A stretch of DNA of 55,572 bases from a virus (lineage: Duplodnaviria > Caudoviricetes), in IMG/VR virus record IMGVR_UViG_3300026320_000006, positions 1 through 55,572 of that record; one strand, written 5' to 3'. Position numbers and translations under genes: made by a program. A model generated the notes under the pieces. That model did not search any database. It worked only from the letters and a program-made list of their open reading frames with translations, and was not told the origin of the DNA. Below, one piece after another: positions 8,165 to 17,008 of this stretch (positions within the stretch are counted from its first letter, which is position 1; each line of letters begins with the position of its first letter).

Positions 8165-9001
8165 ATGCAACAAAAACTCTCTCCATCGCAGAAGCTTGCA
8201 AAATGGACCAGTGAAGCGGAATCGATCTTTAATCATATGCTCGGGTATGTGATTGCAACAACGGCTCTGGTTGCGTTTGCTGATGTCCTGGGCAATGGGA
8301 AGATTACTGACTATCTTCCCTGGCTGTTCTGGATATGGGTGACTGCACAAGGGTTATGTGTCGAATTCCAGGTGTTCATTCTGGTGAAGCGTTTACCTGA
8401 ACTGTTCAGAGTGAACAGGGGCATGTTCGGAGTGAACATCGGGTTTATTGTATGCCTATGCGCCATGTCTATTGTCATTGGCGCGGTATTCGTTGAGCAT
8501 GATAATACTGGAGGATCTATCGATTCAGCTATGTCCACATTGGGCATAAATCATATTGTGTTTGTGTATGCTCGGGCAGCGTTGGCTATTTTTTTGATTG
8601 TGCTGATTGCTGTGGATCGTGCGCTAGATCAAGCAGTGAACAGTAGCGAACAGAGCAAACAGGCAGTGAACACATCGAATACTGACGAGGTTGTAGCGCG
8701 TTTAGAGGCGCGATTTGATCAGATGGAAGTGTATCACCAGCAACAATTAGCGTTGGTGTATGAGCAATTCACACGTATCAGGATTGGCTTAGAGCAGCCT
8801 GTAGAGGTACAAGAGCAACAACAGTTGCCCGTGTCCATAGAAGAGATACCGGATATGTCGTTGACAGCAAAACAGCGTATAGTGGAAGTGCTGAAAGCGA
8901 ATCCGGCTGCGTCCATTTCAGAGATTGAAGAAAAGGCGAAAGTTTCACGCGGCTATGCTAGTGAACTGCGTCGAACATTGAGTGTTCAGAGTGAACAGTA
9001 A
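8165..9001 (+). CDS. Four-TM membrane protein with coiled coil and C-terminal HTH (Spd-like)
   Basis: Four hydrophobic segments; C-terminal KQRIVEVLKANPAASISEIEEKAKVSRGYASELRR; GAGGTG RBS. Confidence 0.75.
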   Translation: MQQKLSPSQKLAKWTSEAESIFNHMLGYVIATTALVAFADVLGNGKITDYLPWLFWIWVTAQGLCVEFQVFILVKRLPELFRVNRGMFGVNIGFIVCLCAMSIVIGAVFVEHDNTGGSIDSAMSTLGINHIVFVYARAALAIFLIVLIAVDRALDQAVNSSEQSKQAVNTSNTDEVVARLEARFDQMEVYHQQQLALVYEQFTRIRIGLEQPVEVQEQQQLPVSIEEIPDMSLTAKQRIVEVLKANPAASISEIEEKAKVSRGYASELRRTLSVQSEQ

Positions 9002-9032
9002 GTGAATGCTTACTGTTCGGAAAGGATGAACA
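8403..9032. repeat. Cluster of AGTGAACA 8-mers and TGTTCR-GAG-TGAACA palindromes
   Basis: AGTGAACA at 8410, 8431, 8635, 8665, 8990, variants at 8645, 8654, 8960, 9001; palindromes at 8403, 8424, 8983. Confidence 0.7.
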
Positions 9033-9280
9033 GAATGGGTTTAGAACATGAATTGTTAGAGTTGAATACAGCGTATCAGAACAGCCGTGAAGATGTGCTG
9101 ATGTTGCAAGATCGTATTCAGCAGTTGGAGCAACTGGTAAGTGATGCGCAATGGCATATGGAACTCTATCATGCCGTGATAGAGAATTCTGCCGGTCTGT
9201 CTTATGAGGTAAGAGCGCCACGTTTACCACAAATAGAGGCATGGCAGCAACGCGCCAAAGAACTGTTGGGCAGCGAATAA
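9002..9280 (+). CDS. Coiled-coil hypothetical protein
   Basis: Heptad pattern; abuts the previous gene; exact start uncertain. Confidence 0.6.
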   Translation: MNAYCSERMNRMGLEHELLELNTAYQNSREDVLMLQDRIQQLEQLVSDAQWHMELYHAVIENSAGLSYEVRAPRLPQIEAWQQRAKELLGSE

Positions 9281-9514
9281 TCCTACAAATAAAGAGAGCC
9301 AGGTGTGCTTTGCCCGGCTCTCTAGACGCATAACCTTACCCTCCACTACATCAGACAATGGATAGAGTAAACATCTTGGTACGATGAGTCCAGTATAACA
9401 CAATCTCGCAGCGACACACCCCTGCACGGCTTTTCTTTTTGCTTAGGCTATGCTATACTCAGTTTATGAATAATTAATCATTGATTATTCATAACTTGAG
9501 CAAAGGAAACACAC

Positions 9515-12334
9515 TTGCTCACCCTGATAAAGCAATCACAGCAACCGCCAGAACTGACCTATGATGAATTACTTGAAGCAGAAGAATACAGACGCAGCTT
9601 CAAACGATTTGCTATTGCTGCATGGCATGTGATTGAACCGTCTAAACCCTTGCTGTGGAATTGGCACTTAGACGCGATCGTAGAACATCTCCAGGCGTTA
9701 TATTTCCGCGAAATCACGCGGCTCCTCGTAAACATTCAACCAGGCACAGCAAAATCCACCTTCTTCAGCATCATGTTCCCTGCCTGGTGTTTCACCAATG
9801 ACGCCGCTATGCGCTGGTTGTGTGCGTCTCATTCGCTTGATCTTGCAATCAGAGACAATAAAAATTGCCGTGATCTGATACAAAGTGAATGGTATCAGCA
9901 ACGCTATGGTCATTTGTTCTCGTTGAAAGGTGATCAGAACGTCAAGAGCTATTTTGAGACGAGTCAGCGCGGCTATCGTATGGCTGTAGCTGTGCGAGGC
10001 TCAGGAACCGGGAAAAGATGTGATGCCAGCATTATCGATGATCCAAATAATGCGATGTCTGGATTGGCTGATCAACAGGCAACGATTGATTGGTTCGAAA
10101 AAACCTGGATACCGCGCCATAACGATCAGGAAAAAAGTCCAATGGCGGTTGTTGGCCAGCGTTTAGGGCAAAATGATCTCTCACAACATATTTTAGAGCT
10201 TGGTGGTTGGGAACATTTGAATTTGCCAACAGAGTTTGAGCCTGGAAGACGATGTTATACAAGCGTGATAGGAGATGTGTGGAAAGGCTATGATCCGCGA
10301 GAAGAAGAAGGCGAATTGCTGTGGGAGGACAAATTTTCGCGTGAAAGTGTGGAAAAGACAAAAGCTAATATGGGAACGCTGGAATATCACGCGCAATATC
10401 AGCAATCTCCGGTTCCTCCAGGCGGTTACGTCTTCGAAAAACAGTATGAGCGTCTTTTCAGCATCGATCAGGAAGCCAATGTGTACTTGCTGGAGACTCC
10501 AGACGGCATCAAACCAGTGGTCATAAGCGGATGTAAGATCTATATTACCTCGGATGTAGCTGCTAAGGCCAAAGAAAAACATGATTTCACCGTCTTTTGT
10601 GTATGGGCAATCACGCCGCGCAAAGAAATCTTGTTGCTCTATGTCATCAGGGCTCATTTGACGATCACAAAACAGCCGGACGAGGGGTACAAGACCTATC
10701 AGGCCTATTTAGATGATCGTTTTCAGTCATTTTGGTTTGAAGATGTGGCCTATCAGGGCGCATTTGGTCAGTATTTGATGGAAAAAGGTGTGCCATGCGA
10801 GCCTTTTTATCCAAAGGGTGACAAAGTGGTTCGAGCGGGGGGCGCGGCCATTCAGATGAAGCTTGGCAATGTCTATTTTCTGAAAAATGCGAGTTGGCTG
10901 GAGACGTGGCGCAAGGAAATCTATCTGTTTCCGCAAGACGCGCATGATGATCAGTGTATTTTACCTGATGCGCTATTGCCTTATATCCCCCATGATGATA
11001 TAATAAGCTCATACGTTAGTCGTCATGTAGGAGATAAAGCAATGCTTATAGGTGAAGCTCAGAACCTTAAAGAAGGCGATCTGGTTGTTACCCATACGGG
11101 AAAATGGCAGAAGATTGTACATGTGATTTCACGCTCATATCAGGGTGAGATGGTTGTTATTAAACCGCAAGGTGGCTTTGAATTATCACTTACTCCTGAA
11201 CATCCTGTATTTTGTGTGAAGCGTACCGGAAAAGGGCAATTCTGGAAACCTCGTGCTGTAGGTGAGCCGCAATGGATACCAGCCAGTGAAGTTGTTCCTG
11301 GTGACTCGGTGCTTGAAGCGATAGATCAAACAATAACGCCTGTTGAACAGCTTGATCTATCAGAATGGCTTTTAGCTGAACGTAGTGAAGCTCAAGGTAA
11401 ACGAAGTCATGCAGGGTTATATCTTTCTCGTTTGATTGTTGAGCCTGATGTTATTCGTTTTAACAATCCTCGTTCTCATCCAATTAAGCGATTTGTGCAG
11501 GTAGACGGTGATTTGTGTCGTTTGATGGGCTATTATGTAGCTGAGGGCTCACGAGGCAAGCATAATGTTCAGTGGTCATTTAATGTTAATGAGACTGAAT
11601 ATCATGTTGATGTAACGAATCTGCTTCAATCTAAATTTGGTATCGCTCCATCAATTCAGAAAGCACATAATTCTCTTACTCTCGCTGTTTCTTCATGGGT
11701 GTTACACGATTTCTTTGCTCAATTTGGACGTGGCGCAAAAAATAAGATCGTTCCTCAATGGATTATGCATCTTCCACATAATTTACAGGTAGAATTTCTT
11801 AAAGGCGCATGGCGCGGAGATGGATGTGTTGCTACTGATGGAAGCGGATTAATTTATTGTTCTTCGTCTCGTGAATTAGTTGTTGCTTTAAGAATGATAC
11901 TTTATCGGCTTGGCATTGTTGCAAGCATGGGTATATCACGTCCTAACGGTACTGTTGGGCATAGTATTCGTGGGAGAGCAATAAAATTATCATCTCCGCT
12001 TTACATGTTGAAAGCCGGTGGCGAATATGCGCCTGTTCTTGCTTCTTTGCTGGATATGCCGATTAACCGTGAACACATTCAAAATGGACGTGTTGGCGAT
12101 CGGATTGTAGATGGGTATGTCCATCGGAGAGTACGCAAGGTTGAATTTGTTGATTATGAGGGGCCTGTTTATAACTTTGAAGTTGAGGAAGATCATTCGT
12201 ATCAAACGGAGTCTTTCATCGTCCACAATTGCGACAATCTCAGTATGATTGTGATTATTGTCAAGATGGCCAAAGATGTAGAGCCAATGGACCAGGAAAC
12301 AGCGAACGCTATTAGAAATTATGCAGGATATTGA
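9515..12334 (+). CDS. terL: Terminase large subunit with intein
   Basis: NIQPGTAKS Walker A, IIDDP Walker B, AQYQQSP, RNaseH-like TSDVA...HDDQ|CD. Confidence 0.95.
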   Translation: MLTLIKQSQQPPELTYDELLEAEEYRRSFKRFAIAAWHVIEPSKPLLWNWHLDAIVEHLQALYFREITRLLVNIQPGTAKSTFFSIMFPAWCFTNDAAMRWLCASHSLDLAIRDNKNCRDLIQSEWYQQRYGHLFSLKGDQNVKSYFETSQRGYRMAVAVRGSGTGKRCDASIIDDPNNAMSGLADQQATIDWFEKTWIPRHNDQEKSPMAVVGQRLGQNDLSQHILELGGWEHLNLPTEFEPGRRCYTSVIGDVWKGYDPREEEGELLWEDKFSRESVEKTKANMGTLEYHAQYQQSPVPPGGYVFEKQYERLFSIDQEANVYLLETPDGIKPVVISGCKIYITSDVAAKAKEKHDFTVFCVWAITPRKEILLLYVIRAHLTITKQPDEGYKTYQAYLDDRFQSFWFEDVAYQGAFGQYLMEKGVPCEPFYPKGDKVVRAGGAAIQMKLGNVYFLKNASWLETWRKEIYLFPQDAHDDQCILPDALLPYIPHDDIISSYVSRHVGDKAMLIGEAQNLKEGDLVVTHTGKWQKIVHVISRSYQGEMVVIKPQGGFELSLTPEHPVFCVKRTGKGQFWKPRAVGEPQWIPASEVVPGDSVLEAIDQTITPVEQLDLSEWLLAERSEAQGKRSHAGLYLSRLIVEPDVIRFNNPRSHPIKRFVQVDGDLCRLMGYYVAEGSRGKHNVQWSFNVNETEYHVDVTNLLQSKFGIAPSIQKAHNSLTLAVSSWVLHDFFAQFGRGAKNKIVPQWIMHLPHNLQVEFLKGAWRGDGCVATDGSGLIYCSSSRELVVALRMILYRLGIVASMGISRPNGTVGHSIRGRAIKLSSPLYMLKAGGEYAPVLASLLDMPINREHIQNGRVGDRIVDGYVHRRVRKVEFVDYEGPVYNFEVEEDHSYQTESFIVHNCDNLSMIVIIVKMAKDVEPMDQETANAIRNYAGY
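10955..12229 (+). mobile_element. Intein (425 aa) with LAGLIDADG homing endonuclease
   Basis: Starts CILPD; block B LTPEHP; LMGYYVAEG and FLKGAWRGDG; ends VYNFEVEEDHSY...IVHN|C. Confidence 0.95.
10976..11044 (+). promoter_or_regulatory. Internal promoter, RBS and in-frame ATG inside the intein
   Basis: TTGCCT-N17-TATAAT with extended TG, AGGAG at 11029, ATG at 11042. Confidence 0.7.
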
Positions 12335-12561
12335 GTATGAAAGAACAAATAGAAGAGTTTTTAGCTAATTTGCTGAGTGCTGGGTTTCGACGTGATCAGG
12401 TCAGTGAAAAGGGCTATGAATTCGCGATCGCTCTGCAAAGCGCGCAACAACTTGAGGGCACACCTGTTTCACCAGCTATGATGTCACGAGCTGCTGAACT
12501 GGTCAAGGATGCGTTTCCAGGAGCGTATCGAATTGTAGAATTACGCAATAGGATGCATTGA
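12331..12561 (+). CDS. Hypothetical protein
   Basis: ORF filling the gap between terL and portal. Confidence 0.6.
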   Translation: MSMKEQIEEFLANLLSAGFRRDQVSEKGYEFAIALQSAQQLEGTPVSPAMMSRAAELVKDAFPGAYRIVELRNRMH

Positions 12562-12572
12562 GGCATAGCGAG

Positions 12573-14183
12573 ATGGGAATTTTTAGCTCTATGATGAACA
12601 CCATTGTGAACGGGTATACAGCCGCTCGGAGATACTTTGAAGATCCGAGTATGGCGCATCAAGAGGGGCTGTATCTCAATCAGTACGGCATGTATAGCTT
12701 GCTGTGGGCGTACTATAATGGCGCGATGTTTGAGCGTATCTCATCGATTTTCAATGGCAACTATAATACTACCTGGCAAGTTGCAGCTAATGGTTGGGCT
12801 GCCTACAAGATGAATTACAACCTCTACAGAAACATCAGGCTTATCTACAATCCCACGAGGCGTTTAGTGGATTTTTATGCTGGCCAGGTGTATCCAGGTG
12901 TTTTGTCTGAAGACGGAGAGCAATTGCCCGATGGACAGCAATTAGCGATCCCATTTGCGAAAGACACATCCCCTGTTCTGAAGAACGCCGTTGCTCAGTT
13001 CTGGCAGTGGTCGAACTGGCAATCCAGGAAGTGTCTTCATGTGCGCTATGGCGCGGCGCTTGGAAGTGTTCTCATCGAAATTTGCGACGATGTAGAGAAT
13101 GGCACGGTGAGCGCAGATGTCATCTGGCCGGGATTTGTGACCAATCTCAAGCTGGACAATTCCGGTAATGTCACGAATTATGCATTGCAGTACGTGGCAG
13201 CAGGTGATACCTCCGCGTATGTCTATCGCAAAGAAGTAGACATCGACGCATTTCGCTACTTCCGAGATGGCCAGCCTTACGATTACGGCTCTGGTACAGT
13301 GGTTGAGAACCCGTACGGTTTTGTGCCCGCGGTGTGGATGAAGCACACTGATATGGGTGGTATTCATGGTTCCCCGGCTGTTGCTGGTTCTATCGGCAAG
13401 ATCGACGAACTGAACAATCTAGTATCACACTTGCATGATCAAATTCATAAAGTCATTGGTGCGCCGGTTGTATTGTGGTCGCAAGGCGCGGTCGCTAAAC
13501 AGCTCTTTGATCAGACCAAACGAGAACCGACTTCCCAGCAGACAAATCCATCAGCAGATCAGGAAAGTGCCTTAATACTGAAGGGACCGGCTGGTGGGCA
13601 TGTAGAGAGCCTTGTGGGCAATCTGGATATTGTTGGTTCTTCGCAGATTGCACAAAACTTACTGAGTGAGATTGAACAAGATCATCCTGAATTGACCTTC
13701 TGGAAAGAATTGCGCGCCATGTCGCAAGTCACTGGCCCAGCTGCGTCACGATTGGTTGGAGATGTGAATAGCCGGTTCGCTGAAGCGGCCGCAGGCTACG
13801 ACCAGGCAAACATCAAATTATTCCAGATGTCGGTAGCGATCGCGGGCTTTCGTGCCAACAGTGGCGCATGGGGACCACTCAATCGGCAACAATCAAAGTT
13901 CACGCCGTTCAATCTGGATAGTTACAAGCGCGGCGATCTGGACATGGTGATTATGCCGCGTCCGTTGTTGGTTCCAACCAGGTCAGAGATAGCTGAGGAG
14001 AATAGATTTTTCTGGCAAGGTGTGGAATATGCGGCGCAGGCTGGCATACCAGCTGAATTTGTGTTGCGTGAATCCGGCTACTCGGATGACAAAATCACGC
14101 AAATTAACACGCTGAAAAATCAGGAACTGCAAGCCAAACAAATGGCTGCCCAGGCGGATGTTATTCCCACGGTTTCACAGTGA
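12573..14183 (+). CDS. Portal protein
   Basis: Size, position after terL, ENPYGFVP motif of SPP1-type portals. Confidence 0.85.
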   Translation: MGIFSSMMNTIVNGYTAARRYFEDPSMAHQEGLYLNQYGMYSLLWAYYNGAMFERISSIFNGNYNTTWQVAANGWAAYKMNYNLYRNIRLIYNPTRRLVDFYAGQVYPGVLSEDGEQLPDGQQLAIPFAKDTSPVLKNAVAQFWQWSNWQSRKCLHVRYGAALGSVLIEICDDVENGTVSADVIWPGFVTNLKLDNSGNVTNYALQYVAAGDTSAYVYRKEVDIDAFRYFRDGQPYDYGSGTVVENPYGFVPAVWMKHTDMGGIHGSPAVAGSIGKIDELNNLVSHLHDQIHKVIGAPVVLWSQGAVAKQLFDQTKREPTSQQTNPSADQESALILKGPAGGHVESLVGNLDIVGSSQIAQNLLSEIEQDHPELTFWKELRAMSQVTGPAASRLVGDVNSRFAEAAAGYDQANIKLFQMSVAIAGFRANSGAWGPLNRQQSKFTPFNLDSYKRGDLDMVIMPRPLLVPTRSEIAEENRFFWQGVEYAAQAGIPAEFVLRESGYSDDKITQINTLKNQELQAKQMAAQADVIPTVSQ

Positions 14184-14191
14184 GGGAAATA

Positions 14192-14746
14192 ATGAAATAT
14201 TGGTATGACACTGAATTTATAGAAGACGGTACAACCATAGATTTGATCAGTATTGGCATTGTTGCCGAGGATGGGCGAGAGCTATATTTACAATCCATAG
14301 ATGTTGATGGCAGCAAGGCAAGTGATTGGGTCATAGAAAACGTGTTGTCCAATTTAAAACTTTGTCCAACAGATACGCCATTCATGAAACATGTCACCGA
14401 TGGGAATTGTGGGCCTGAATGCCCCTGGGGTTCACGTGAGCAAATCAGAGATAAAATACTTTCATTTATGGATCCTCTGCTTTATGGCAAACCTGAATTG
14501 TGGGGCTACTACTCAGCATATGACCATGTGGCTTTTTGCCAGCTTTTTGGCACAATGATGGATTTACCCAAGAGCTATCCAATGTATACCAGAGACATCA
14601 AACAATGGTGTGATGCACTTGGAGATCCAAGACTTCCTGAACAGGGGAAAGATGAGCATAACGCACTCAGTGATGCCAGATGGAATAAGTTCGCATACGA
14701 TTTTTTAGTAGGCTATTCTCTTCCAATACGAATAAGAGAGAGGTGA
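14192..14746 (+). CDS. DEDDh 3'-5' exonuclease (Rv2179c / RNase AS-like)
   Basis: YDTEFIEDG..IDLISIGIVAEDGRE, AYDHV, HNALSDA. Confidence 0.85.
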   Translation: MKYWYDTEFIEDGTTIDLISIGIVAEDGRELYLQSIDVDGSKASDWVIENVLSNLKLCPTDTPFMKHVTDGNCGPECPWGSREQIRDKILSFMDPLLYGKPELWGYYSAYDHVAFCQLFGTMMDLPKSYPMYTRDIKQWCDALGDPRLPEQGKDEHNALSDARWNKFAYDFLVGYSLPIRIRER

Positions 14747-14749
14747 TAC

Positions 14750-14968
14750 ATGTTCGCAAAAGAAGACATACAAAAGGCGGAGGAAGCAGAACGGCGCTTC
14801 CATGCAGCGTTGAAGAACACATTCTTCCCAACAATTGGTAGTGTCATTTCGCTGAGCAGTGAAACCAGTAAAGCGATGAGAGTGGAGAATAGACAAAGAC
14901 AGATAGAGGCGTTCCGTAAGCGAACAAAGCGAGGAACGAGAGCGTATAAATTTAGCAGAAAAGCATAA
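14750..14968 (+). CDS. Small basic hypothetical protein
   Basis: GAGGTG RBS. Confidence 0.6.
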   Translation: MFAKEDIQKAEEAERRFHAALKNTFFPTIGSVISLSSETSKAMRVENRQRQIEAFRKRTKRGTRAYKFSRKA

Positions 14969-14978
14969 GAGGTGATAT

Positions 14979-15155
14979 ATGGCAAACCAACCCGAGCACA
15001 CCCCGAAAGGCCAGATTTCGTACAATACCGGCGCGAAACCTCCAACGCGTGTAGGTGCTTCATCCAAAGTTAAATCGCAGAATATGAAGCGCATCAAACA
15101 CAATCAGCGCTTGCAAACGCACAACGATGGGGTGAAAGGTGCGACACAGGGATGA
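14979..15155 (+). CDS. Small basic hypothetical protein (58 aa)
   Basis: GAGGTG RBS, hand-translated, ATGA overlap with next gene; not in ORF track. Confidence 0.6.
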   Translation: MANQPEHTPKGQISYNTGAKPPTRVGASSKVKSQNMKRIKHNQRLQTHNDGVKGATQG

Positions 15156-15544
15156 AAACACTCAAATGGAATGGTGAAAAGTGGTATTACGATGAAAGAA
15201 GCCTTTGGAAGCGTTGCCGACAGTGGCTTATTTGGATTGGAGGCTGGGAAAAGCCAAACGGAACCGGATGGAAGTTCCTTATCGATTATGGCAACAAGAA
15301 AAGTTTGATGTCACCGGCTCCTCTCTCGCTTTTTGGGCATCTTTTCACGTGGTTTGGTTGGGGTTGGCAACTCAAGTTGAAGCCTTGGCATCGCTATTTT
15401 GTTTGGTCAAAAACATCGGGGTGCTATGTCTCATCTGATGGTACTCCGCCGCGTCCTGGTAAAAGCGGTAAGGGCTTTTTCATCTATCAGAAGAAACATA
15501 AATCAGCTTTGTTGAAGCGGTTGAGGCGAGAAAATAACGTATGA
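15152..15544 (+). CDS. Trp-rich hypothetical protein
   Basis: Coupled ORF in the late operon. Confidence 0.6.
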   Translation: MKTLKWNGEKWYYDERSLWKRCRQWLIWIGGWEKPNGTGWKFLIDYGNKKSLMSPAPLSLFGHLFTWFGWGWQLKLKPWHRYFVWSKTSGCYVSSDGTPPRPGKSGKGFFIYQKKHKSALLKRLRRENNV

Positions 15545-15806
15545 AAAAAGTGCTCTTGCTTGCCTATATGCTGTTATTTGCAGGAGCATTATTTTATCTT
15601 TTGTTCGTGGCGAATACCGCGTTTATGCCGTGAGGAGCTTTGTATGCTGAAAACAGTTATTCAGTGTATTGGATGTTTGCTCAGGGGTAAGCACAATTAT
15701 ATCTATGTGGGGCGCAACTATAACGGGCTTACAGATACGGGAGCTAAAGAATTCTCACTGAGATATATTTGCTCTTATTGCCAGCACTTTACCAGTATAA
15801 GCGAAT

Positions 15807-15998
15807 ATGAGGAGTTTTGAATTGATTTGGTTGCATGTAGCAATTGAATGGTTTATTGGCATCACTACCCCTGCTCTGGTATTAATCGGGCTATTTGTTG
15901 TGCGCACGTGGTCGGAGCCAATGTATGTTGTGTCTATTGTGAAGCCAGTTGTATCTATTTCTGAAGTGGAAACAGTGCGAATGCGGAGCGTAAAATGA
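15807..15998 (+). CDS. Small membrane protein
   Basis: One hydrophobic segment; ATGA overlap with the next gene. Confidence 0.5.
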   Translation: MRSFELIWLHVAIEWFIGITTPALVLIGLFVVRTWSEPMYVVSIVKPVVSISEVETVRMRSVK

Positions 15999-16429
15999 TT
16001 AGTGCTGAAGCAAAATTATCTATTCGTCGCATACCGCTTGAATGCTTGCATGTGGGAGATTTTGACCCGCGCTATACTTCGATGATATTGAAGTATGTGG
16101 AGCAACTTCGTGAATATCCAGGGCAAGATGCAGGCTATATTCGTGTCAGACCATCGAAAATTTATCCTGGTACGTTTTTCATCGAAGATGGTCATCACCG
16201 GTTCGTCGCGTATATTATTGCTGGCAGAAAAGATATGCTGTGTATTGTGATAGAGGAACCTGGACAGCGCAATCAAGAGGACTATGTTCGCGAATTGGAG
16301 CATACGCTGAATTCTTGTATCGATTTCATGAGCCATGCAGTCGTTGTAGGCAGTGAAAACAAGGAAGCGTATGCATTGGCTCTCTGTAGAAAAGGATTGA
16401 AGCTCTTGAGAGGCGAAGAAGAATGTTAG
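15995..16429 (+). CDS. ParB/Srx-like domain protein
   Basis: FIEDGHHRFVA motif. Confidence 0.7.
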   Translation: MISAEAKLSIRRIPLECLHVGDFDPRYTSMILKYVEQLREYPGQDAGYIRVRPSKIYPGTFFIEDGHHRFVAYIIAGRKDMLCIVIEEPGQRNQEDYVRELEHTLNSCIDFMSHAVVVGSENKEAYALALCRKGLKLLRGEEEC

Positions 16430-16557
16430 AAGGCTATATTGTTGGCGCATTGACAGCGCTGGTGAGCGTGTCAGTTGGCTATTTGTTTGGAAAGCCGTGG
16501 TTGGACCGCTGGCAAAGCAAAAAGCTACAGAAGCCAAAGCAGGGAGGGACACCGTGA
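16423..16557 (+). CDS. 44-aa single-TM peptide
   Basis: MLEGYIVGALTALVSVSVGYLFGKPW..., overlaps neighbours at both ends; not in ORF track. Confidence 0.5.
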   Translation: MLEGYIVGALTALVSVSVGYLFGKPWLDRWQSKKLQKPKQGGTP

Positions 16558-16736
16558 AGCATCCAAAGAAGCGTAAACCGCTCGGCAAACCGATAGTATG
16601 GGATGAAAGCGACCTTGAGCATATGAGCCGGGTCACAGCAACCGACAAGAAAGCATCTGTGGCGCTGTGGCACAATGAAGCTCCGGCAAAACTGAAAAAC
16701 TTGTTATTGGCGGCAGTAGAGGAGAGACAACAGTGA
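16554..16736 (+). CDS. Hypothetical protein
   Basis: GGGAGG RBS, GTG start. Confidence 0.55.
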   Translation: MKHPKKRKPLGKPIVWDESDLEHMSRVTATDKKASVALWHNEAPAKLKNLLLAAVEERQQ

Positions 16737-17008
16737 TGCTTACTAGTGCTGATTATGGCTATTGGCCTATTGAAGTACGCGAATGGATGGAGAGTGTCGG
16801 TTGGCCTGAAGTTGATTTTATACAGTTTGAGCGTGAAATCTTGCCAGACGGCTTTGAAATTGATGCTCGTACAGACAGGAAATGGGCAAGATGGAAACCA
16901 GGGCCGCATGTCACCGTAACGGCTCGACGTGGTGAAGAGTGGAAGCAACAGCGGTGGAAAATTGAGGGTGCTACTTGGTATAAAGTAAAGGGTATTTTTG
17001 ATGCCTAA
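16733..17008 (+). CDS. Hypothetical protein
   Basis: GAGGAG RBS, coupled. Confidence 0.55.
   Translation: MMLTSADYGYWPIEVREWMESVGWPEVDFIQFEREILPDGFEIDARTDRKWARWKPGPHVTVTARRGEEWKQQRWKIEGATWYKVKGIFDA

Noticed and set aside
16016-16948. 310-aa minus-strand ORF
   Set aside because: Antisense shadow of four coupled plus-strand genes with RBSs
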